A stretch of 32,000 nt of DNA from Kiritimatiella glycovorans (GTDB lineage: Bacteria > Verrucomicrobiota > Kiritimatiellia > Kiritimatiellales > Kiritimatiellaceae). The stretch covers positions 2,730,001 to 2,762,000 of the forward strand of contig NZ_CP010904.1 in the NCBI RefSeq assembly GCF_001017655.1, given 5' to 3'. The notes below the pieces were generated by a model that was not told the origin of the DNA, ran no database searches, and was given only the letters and a program-made list of their open reading frames with translations. This document shows, one piece after another, positions 25,783-32,000 of the stretch. The position numbers were made by a program, and so were the translations under genes. Position 1 is the stretch's first letter; the number at the start of each line of letters is the position of its first letter.

Positions 25783-25879
25783 GATTAGGAAGTGTCCCGT
25801 TGACTGTTGAAACTTGAAGGCGGTCTCCTGAGCGTCCATGTTGGACGCTCGGGGCAAACCAACCCGAAAGGAGACCGCC

Positions 25880-27469
25880 ATGAGTGACAATAGCGTCCTT
25901 GAAGCCCTTGGACAAGTTGAACCGTCTGCAGCAGGAGATGTTTTCCGTGACTGGCTGCGTGGTGAAATGCGAACCCTGATCGCCGATATTCTGGCTGAAG
26001 AGGTCACAGAATTGTGTGGTCCGGCCTACAAGCCGGCAGGGGACAGAGGCTGCCGACGTGCCGGCGGAACCCGCGTAGGACTTCGAATTGACGGTATTGA
26101 TGAGGAGATCCGCAAGCCGCGTGTACGTCGCCATGAGGCAGACACATCGAAGGAGGTCAGGCTTAAAAGTTACGACGCGGTCAACAGGGCCGACGACCTT
26201 CGTGACCGTATCTTGCGTGCCACAGCTGCCGGAGTCAGTTCACGTGATCAGAAAACCTTGTATCCCGATTCAGCGCCCGGACGCAGCAGGGTTTCCCGCG
26301 CCTGGATTGTCGAGGGCCGACAGCGCATACAGAAGCTCCGTGACCGCGACCTGAAGTCCGAGAGGTTCTTCTGCATGCTGCTGGACGGCATTGTACTGTC
26401 CGAGGATCTCAGCGCCATTGTGGGGCTGGGCATTACGCTGGACGGCCGCAAAGTTATGCTGGATTTTGAAATAGGCGCACAGGAATCGACAGAAGTGTGT
26501 GACGCATTGCTCGACCGCAGCCGTTCTCATTATGGCCGCATTCCGACCGCGGACGGCGTGGCAGCCGTCCCTCCCGAGTCGATATCCGACGCATTTTCGG
26601 GCACTGGGAGGGTCGGGTGCCACCCCGACCGAAAAGGGTGAAGCCATAATGAGAATCGCTGGCTCGACCGGCTTGTCCACCGCGGTCTTGAGTTCGAGGG
26701 CGATCCGTTGGCGGTTCTCGACGGTTCTCGGGCACTTCATAACAGCGTCTTGAAGCATTTTCCGCGAGCGCGCATTCAACGATGCCTGGTGCATAAGGAA
26801 CGAAATATTAAGCGTTGTCTCTCCAGGCGTCATCACGGCAGCGTGAGCGACGTTTTCAAGCGTCTCCGCTCCGTGGAAGGCGAAGAAGCCGGACGTGAAG
26901 CACTCGCCGATCTGGAACGCTTTCTGAGCCGGCACAGCCACAAGGCCCTGGAATCCCTGCACGAGGCCGGTGAGGAGCTCATTACGGTTCACAAGCTGAA
27001 TGCGCCGTCCACTCTACACACCACGTTGACGAACACAAACTGCATCGAGAACCCGTTCCGAAACACACGCGCAAAAATCGGGCGGGTGAAGCGTTGGCGC
27101 GCAGAGACGGATCAGGCGGAACGCTGGCTGGCCTATTCGCTTCTGAGGGCCGAGAAAGGGTTCCGTCGAATCAAAGGCTATCGTCAGATCCCGGTGCTTT
27201 TGAAATCCCTGGGCTGGCCATCGGAAGCTGTTGAGGCGTCGCTCCGCTCCGCCCTTGGCCCTCCGGGCCATCCCGCCTCCGGCGGGAACGGGCTCCACTC
27301 CACGACGCCTCACCCCCAGGCAGAGAGCGAAGCGAACTGCCGAACAGGGACTGGACAAGTGAATGACAAGGAACTACATCGAAATGAAGACCGAGACCGC
27401 CAACGAGTTTCAACAGGATTCGGGACATCCCCACGGATTATGTTCACCCCTTCATGCTCTTTATGGTGA
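25880..27469 (+). pseudogene. IS256-family (Mutator-like DDE) transposase, disrupted by MITE insertion
   Basis: ATG at 25880 after an AAAGGAG RBS. IS256 signatures are present: LLDGIVL..., AVLDGSRALHNSVLKHFPRARIQRCLVHKERN, and TNCIENPFRN. The frame is the same before (to 26517) and after (from 26663) the insert. Reading into the MITE hits a stop at 26641. Confidence 0.85.
26518..26661. mobile_element. 144-bp MITE, copy 2 (9-bp TSD GCTCGACCG), inserted in the transposase ORF
   Basis: Left TIR CAGCCGTTCTCATTATGGC, right end GCCATAATGAGAATCGCTG. The target GCTCGACCG is duplicated at 26509-26517 and 26662-26670. The duplication repeats the LDR codons of the transposase on both sides. Confidence 0.85.
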
Positions 27470-27585
27470 ATCCCATTCTCTCTCCCCTTACGATCTCCCG
27501 CATCCCACCTTTCCCGGGAACCCGTCCATAAAAATCCACGAATAACCAAAAATTTCAGTAGAGCCGAAGTGCATCACGATCCCGC

Positions 27586-27816
27586 TCAGGTCCGGATGGC
27601 TTCGTTCATGGCGCCGCAACGGGGACACTTGGCGACGGTGCGGGTACGGGAACCGACGTAAACCCGGGCGCAGCGCTCACAGCGATAGACGTGCTGGTGG
27701 GCGGTTTTTTCGCGGCGACCGTCACGCCATTCGTAGAACAGGGCGACCAGCACGAGACTGACGAGTGCGGTGCCCAGCACAAGGGCACAGAATTGACCGA
27801 GGGTGCACTCGATCAT
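27586..27816 (-). CDS. Small membrane-anchored zinc-ribbon protein
   Basis: 76 aa from the ATG at 27816: MIECTLGQFCALVLGTALVSLVLVALFYEW (one TM segment), then CERC...CPRC (two CxxC pairs). Its start overlaps the upstream gene's stop (ATGA at 27813-27816), suggesting translational coupling. Confidence 0.5.
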   Translation of the reverse strand: MIECTLGQFCALVLGTALVSLVLVALFYEWRDGRREKTAHQHVYRCERCARVYVGSRTRTVAKCPRCGAMNEAIRT

Positions 27817-28571
27817 GAATCTTCCCCGTTTCCGCTCCCCGCACCCGTTCGGTAGAGCCTCATGTGCGCGGTTCGCATACCCGCCGCAGGATCGAACCGC
27901 ATCCGGCGCAGAACCGACATCGCCAGGGTCGCCAGTTCTCCAGATCGCTTTTCCGGGGAATCGAGAAATACGTTGCTTACACGCCCGCTCGCATCCAACC
28001 GCAGCCGGACGGTGAATTCCCACGGGCCGGGGATTCGCCGGAAGGGCTCAAGAGCAGGGCTGTGCCGCAGTGCCGCCGCCTCGGCCGGGGGCAGAATCCT
28101 GTCGATGCGATCCTTACGGCGCGGGAGATGGATCAGGTCAGACGCGGATGCGGGTTCCGGAAGGTAAGCCCCCGCCGGCCTCCTTTGGAAGTCATGGAGG
28201 AACAAGTACGACGCGGGCCCCGCCGCCGCCTCGAGGAACGCCGTCGCCTCGGCCTTGCGCTCCTCGCCCAGACGGGCGCCCTCCTGCCCGCTTTCAAGGA
28301 ATCGCCGGCTGAATCCGTAGCGCGATGGGAGCGAAAAGAGCACCGGCGACCCCAGGGTGCGTGCGGCGGCCACGGGGCTGTGTGCATCAGGGGTTCCGTT
28401 CCGCGGCGCGTGGACTATGTGCAGCCTGCGATAGACCGGGCGTACCGATCGACGCATCCGGATGTCAAAGGCCATGCCGAGGGCCAGATGGATCAGCAGG
28501 GCGAGCCCGGCTGCGGCGGGGAGCACCCATCCTCGCCCGCTGCGACGGCTTTTCCCGGCCTCCATGTTCAT
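27813..28571 (-). CDS. TonB-like energy-transducer protein
   Basis: 252 aa with an N-terminal anchor (WVLPAAAGLALLIHLALGMAF). The C-terminal segment (WEFTVRLRLDASGRVSNVFLDSPEKRSGELATLAMSVLRRMRFDPA) follows the TonB C-terminal domain pattern. ATGA overlap with the exbD stop. The position downstream of exbB-exbD supports the call. Confidence 0.55.
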   Translation of the reverse strand: MNMEAGKSRRSGRGWVLPAAAGLALLIHLALGMAFDIRMRRSVRPVYRRLHIVHAPRNGTPDAHSPVAAARTLGSPVLFSLPSRYGFSRRFLESGQEGARLGEERKAEATAFLEAAAGPASYLFLHDFQRRPAGAYLPEPASASDLIHLPRRKDRIDRILPPAEAAALRHSPALEPFRRIPGPWEFTVRLRLDASGRVSNVFLDSPEKRSGELATLAMSVLRRMRFDPAAGMRTAHMRLYRTGAGSGNGEDS

Positions 28572-29020
28572 CTCACTTCCGAAGGCTGGCGGGTGGCGAT
28601 GACGATATCCCGGATGCCTGCGGCGCGCGCGCGGTTGAACACCTCGGTCAGCCGCGCGTGCCGCGTATTCCGGTCCGCCTCGACGATCAGTTCCGTTTCG
28701 GGATCGGCCTGCACGCGTCGCGCGAACGCATCGGAGAGCCCTTCGAGCGTAACCCGCTCATCGTCGAAGAAAATCCATCCTTCGCGGGTGACCGTCAGCA
28801 CCGCGGCATCGAATTTTGCGCCGTCCGCGAAGGGCGCTTCGGGAAGACTGATCCGCATCCCGGGCTGAAGCACGTACGGAGCGGTAAGAAACTGGAACGC
28901 CACGAGCAGCAGCGCGGCGTCGAACACCGCCGTGGCGAAAATACTCCAGCCCTGCGTCCGCCGCCGCCGGAGGAAATGGCGCCTGAGTTCATGTCTCAGA
29001 TTGTAGGTCGGGATTTCCAT
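28568..29020 (-). CDS. exbD: Biopolymer transport protein ExbD/TolR
   Basis: 150 aa with a single N-terminal TM (IFATAVFDAALLLVAFQFL) and a periplasmic domain (LIVEADRNTRHARLTEVFNRARAAGIRDIVIAT) typical of ExbD/TolR. Confidence 0.8.
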   Translation of the reverse strand: MEIPTYNLRHELRRHFLRRRRTQGWSIFATAVFDAALLLVAFQFLTAPYVLQPGMRISLPEAPFADGAKFDAAVLTVTREGWIFFDDERVTLEGLSDAFARRVQADPETELIVEADRNTRHARLTEVFNRARAAGIRDIVIATRQPSEVR

Positions 29021-29050
29021 GAGATTTCCGGCCTGATTCCGCTTTCGCCT

Positions 29051-29689
29051 CTAACGCTCGCCCTGACCATCCCCCCGGTTCTTCTTGCGCTCTTCGAGAA
29101 AGCGGATCATCTCCGCCGCCGCCTGTTCCATATCCATCACCAGGCGTTCGATGCGCGAGAGCAGCAGGTTATGGCCGGCGTAGGCCGGGATGGCCACGAG
29201 GAGGCCGGCCGCGGTCGTGAGCAGCGCGCGCCAGATTCCGCCGGTCACATCCCCCATGTGCACCAGGGGCGCATTCTGCTCCATGATCATCAGAGACTGG
29301 GCCAGCCCGACCACCGTCCCGAGCAGGCCGAGCAGCGGGCTGATCTGCGCGAGGGTCATGAGGGTCCTCAGCCTCCGTTCCAGGCGGGGAACCTCTTCAA
29401 GCCCGGCGTCCTCCACCGCGCGAACGAGCGCGTCCCGCTCGCTGTTGTGGTGGAGCAGAGCGGTGCGGGTCACGTACGCCACGGGACCCGGGGTCTGGTC
29501 GCACATCTTCACGGCCTCCGGAAGATTGTCGCGCTGCACGATCGTCTTGATGCCGCTCAGAAAATCTTCCGTCTTGATCTCGGCGCGATGAAGGTGGAAG
29601 AGGCGCTCGAAAAACAGGGCGAGCGCCGCCACGGCGGCGGTCGCGATCAGCCACCCCAGCGCGCCGGCATGTCCGATGAAGAATTCCAT
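29051..29689 (-). CDS. exbB: MotA/TolQ/ExbB proton-channel protein
   Basis: The ATG at 29689 follows GGCGGAG (MEFFIGHAGALGWLIATAAV...). The C-terminal half (LAQISPLLGLLGTVVGL ... ALLTTAAGLLVAIPA) matches the conserved ExbB/TolQ channel helices. Confidence 0.85.
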   Translation of the reverse strand: MEFFIGHAGALGWLIATAAVAALALFFERLFHLHRAEIKTEDFLSGIKTIVQRDNLPEAVKMCDQTPGPVAYVTRTALLHHNSERDALVRAVEDAGLEEVPRLERRLRTLMTLAQISPLLGLLGTVVGLAQSLMIMEQNAPLVHMGDVTGGIWRALLTTAAGLLVAIPAYAGHNLLLSRIERLVMDMEQAAAEMIRFLEERKKNRGDGQGER

Positions 29690-29727
29690 TTTAACTCCGC
29701 CTTTCCGGTGACTCCTGCGGACTGAAT

Positions 29728-32000
29728 TCAGAACAACCATACGTGTTCGAGGCGGATGCGGCCAATCCTCTTCGCCGCCTCCTCGGCGGCGGGCACGCCC
29801 GCCTCGACCACGCGCTCATAAACCTTCACGGCCTGTCGCCACTCCTCCTGTCGCTCCTTCACCGTCGCGGCGTTGAAGGCCGCCCGCGTAAACCAGAGCA
29901 CGGCGTCGGGAGTGGGCGGAACCTCGTCGGAGAGATAGCTGTAGACCGCGTTCATGTAGTGCGACACGGCTTCCGTCCGGTGACCGAGTTTCTCTTCGCA
30001 ACGCCCGATCTTGTACTCGGCCTGGAGGCGGAGCACGGATGATGCGGAGGCACTCTTCAGAATCATCCGGTACGAATCGCGTGCCTCGCGATAGCGGGCG
30101 GGATCGTCCGCCCCCAGCGTGAACTGACAATCGCCCTTGCGGCCCCAGGCCGCGTCGGCGAGGTAGTGGTCCGGATACTCGCGGATCACCTCTTCGAACG
30201 CGAGGATGGCCCGCGGAAATTCTCCGAGTTCGGTCAGGGCGTCGCCCTGCGCAAATCGCGCCCCGGGCAGCTGCTCGCTTTCGGGGAACTGCCCGGCCAG
30301 CCGGCTGAACAGTTTCACGGCGGCGCGGAATTCGCCGCGGGCCGCGGCGGCACGGCCGGACCAGTATAAGGCGTCATCGACCAGTTCGTGCCCCTCCGCC
30401 TGATCGGCGAGCTTTTCGAACGACTCCCGGGCGGCGGCGTAATCCTGGTGGTTGAAGTAGTACTCGCCGATCCAGAAGGTGACCTCCGGCGCCCATGCCG
30501 ACTCCGGGAAACGCCGGGCGAACTCGCGGCATATCTCCAGGGCCCGCTCCGGGTTCCCCAGCAGCAGGTGACAGAATCCGCGCATGAAAAAGGCCCGCTC
30601 GGCAGCCTCGCTTCCGGGATGCTCATCGCGCACCGCATCGAAGACCTCCAGGGCCTCCTCGAATCGGTTGTGCCGGTACAGAAGCAGGCCGCGCTGTTTC
30701 ATGGCCTCCGCCGCCACCGAGGCGTCTTTTGCCGACTCCGCGAGTGCGGTGTAGGTCTCCAGGGCCTTTTCCCAGTCGTTTTTTTCCGACTGAATATCCC
30801 CGATGCGCAGACGCGCACGTCCGGCCAGAGGGTGGTCGGGATAGCGTGCCGCCAGCTCCCTGAACCCCTCCAGCGCCTCTTCCCGCGCGCCGGCGCGAGC
30901 CGCGGACAGATGGGCCTGATAGAGGGCCTGCGGGACGCGCGGCCCTCCCTGAACCGCCTCGGCGGCTTTGAGGTAGCGCGTCCGGGCTTCTTCGTACTGC
31001 CCGCGCCGGAAGAGGGCATCGCCGGCCTTGAACCAGGCACGGGCGCGCATTTCGGCGCCCTCCAGGGCGCGGGCGGCCTCTTCGAACGCCGGGGTGGCCT
31101 GAGCGTAACGCTGCAGATACCATAGACACCAGGCCTTGTTGTAATAGAGCCGGCCCGCGGGCGCGGAGGTCACGTCCAGCACCGCCTGGTAGGCGTCCAG
31201 CGCTTCGGCGTACTCCTCCCGCGCATAGAGCAGATCGCCGCGCACGGTCTGCAGCTCGGCGGCGATGTTCTTATCGGCGGCTCCGGCGATGGCCTCTTTC
31301 AGGAGGTCCAGCGCCTCGGGCGCCCGCCCCGAGTCCGCAAGAATCTTCGCGCGCAGCTTCCTGAGCCGGAGCCGCTGCGCAGGATCGGCGAACAGCCCGC
31401 CGGCCCGATCGAGCCGGCCCAGGGCCTCCTCGTAACGTTCGGCGCGGCGGTCATCCTCCGCGAGAAAACAGAGCGCCCGGATTCTGCGGCGGGGCAGCCC
31501 GTCCTCGCGGCCGGCCATGGTTGAGAGCGAGGCCCTCGTGGAGTCGTTCAGACGCGCATCTTCCTGGCGCAACTCGAGCTCCGCCAGCAGAAGCAGGGCC
31601 TCGCGCGCTTCCTCCCGGCCGCTGTACTGCTCCCGCACCTGCTCCAGCACCTCGCGCGCCGGCCCGTAGCGCCCGAGTTCGATGCGGACTTCCGCAAGGG
31701 CGAGGCGGTCTCCGGCCGTCACATCCCCGGAACGGTCGTCAATGAATCCGGCCAGCGTCGCCTCCGCCCGCTCCGTCCGCCCCGCCCGCCGCAGGGCCCT
31801 GAAGCGGAGGCGCCGGGCGTCCGGGAGTCGGCCGGAATCCGCAAGCACGCCGCCGTGCCGGTCCAGACATTCAAGCGCCTCGCCGGGGCGCCCGTCCTCC
31901 AGCAGCGCCGCGGCGCGCCAGTAGGCGGCCTCCGGCGCCACGCCCGCCTCCGCGGCCGCATCGACCGCGGGCAGGTTCTCGAACGCCTGCGCCGCATCCC
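29728..32000 (-). CDS. Large tetratricopeptide-repeat protein; N-terminus probably beyond the window
   Basis: At least 737 aa of consecutive TPR-like units (recurrent A..Y..A..L/F..YP patterns). The track start at 31941 is GTG. I read the frame as open with no stop up to base 32000. It lies directly upstream of exbB on the same strand. Confidence 0.8.
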   Translation of the reverse strand, partial: DAAQAFENLPAVDAAAEAGVAPEAAYWRAAALLEDGRPGEALECLDRHGGVLADSGRLPDARRLRFRALRRAGRTERAEATLAGFIDDRSGDVTAGDRLALAEVRIELGRYGPAREVLEQVREQYSGREEAREALLLLAELELRQEDARLNDSTRASLSTMAGREDGLPRRRIRALCFLAEDDRRAERYEEALGRLDRAGGLFADPAQRLRLRKLRAKILADSGRAPEALDLLKEAIAGAADKNIAAELQTVRGDLLYAREEYAEALDAYQAVLDVTSAPAGRLYYNKAWCLWYLQRYAQATPAFEEAARALEGAEMRARAWFKAGDALFRRGQYEEARTRYLKAAEAVQGGPRVPQALYQAHLSAARAGAREEALEGFRELAARYPDHPLAGRARLRIGDIQSEKNDWEKALETYTALAESAKDASVAAEAMKQRGLLLYRHNRFEEALEVFDAVRDEHPGSEAAERAFFMRGFCHLLLGNPERALEICREFARRFPESAWAPEVTFWIGEYYFNHQDYAAARESFEKLADQAEGHELVDDALYWSGRAAAARGEFRAAVKLFSRLAGQFPESEQLPGARFAQGDALTELGEFPRAILAFEEVIREYPDHYLADAAWGRKGDCQFTLGADDPARYREARDSYRMILKSASASSVLRLQAEYKIGRCEEKLGHRTEAVSHYMNAVYSYLSDEVPPTPDAVLWFTRAAFNAATVKERQEEWRQAVKVYERVVEAGVPAAEEAAKRIGRIRLEHVWLF

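Larger units (their letters stand above)
25606..27482 (+). mobile_element. IS256-family insertion sequence (boundaries tentative), carrying a nested MITE
   Basis: It encloses the IS256-type transposase gene. A perfect 14-bp inverted repeat is the only end-like signal I found: GAGAGAATGGGATT at 25606-25619 and AATCCCATTCTCTC at 27469-27482. No flanking target duplication was seen, and the left arm (274 bp before the ATG) is unusually long. Confidence 0.45.

Noticed and set aside
25680-25817. 45-aa ORF MIRTRSAEGAIPLPLFKEFEYEYRFAEYECEYEYGLGSVPLTVET with Glu-Tyr repeats, considered as a possible small peptide or RiPP precursor.
   Set aside because: The EY repeats come directly from the (GAGTAC)n microsatellite. 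There is no convincing RBS and no adjacent modification enzymes. It lies inside the putative IS left arm. It cannot be excluded without conservation or proteomic data.

Overview
GC-rich bacterial chromosomal window. The gene content (S1 sulfatase, GH78-like glycosidase, encapsulin, ExbBD/TonB) fits a polysaccharide-degrading PVC-type organism, but that taxonomic guess is inference only. Most genes are ordinary: a minus-strand sulfur-activation cluster (sat, truncated at the window edge and absent from the ORF track; an SLC13-type permease; cysQ), a NusG paralog, a GbsR/MarR regulator, an orphan ABC-2 permease, a family-1 encapsulin with EncFtn cargo, a UvrD-like helicase, a MOP flippase, LacI plus a GH78-like hydrolase, a sulfatase, a transglutaminase-like protein, mtaB, recN, an AraC regulator, and a TPR-exbB-exbD-tonB-like operon. 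The unusual content is non-coding. (1) Three kb-scale intergenic arrays (about 4090-5115, 7490-8210, 9518-10240) are built from a small set of GC hairpin modules. By my hand count they hold about 60 triloop hairpins. On one strand of each array every triloop reads C-GAA-G or C-GCA-G, the motif of the very stable d(GCGNAGC) minihairpin family. The arrays fill whole intergenic gaps. Each has the GNA strand in the sense of the gene immediately downstream. Arrays 2 and 3 bracket the encapsulin operon as inverted repeats. (2) A 144-bp MITE with 19-bp terminal inverted repeats and 9-bp target duplications is present twice at 143/144 identity. One copy interrupts an IS256-family transposase gene. (3) Hexamer-phased microsatellite tracts sit next to a shared TGAAACTTGA motif in three intergenic regions. 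No tRNA, rRNA, CRISPR-cas or prophage genes were recognised. Most long ORFs in the supplied track that lie antisense to, or out of frame with, the genes called here are high-GC shadow ORFs.
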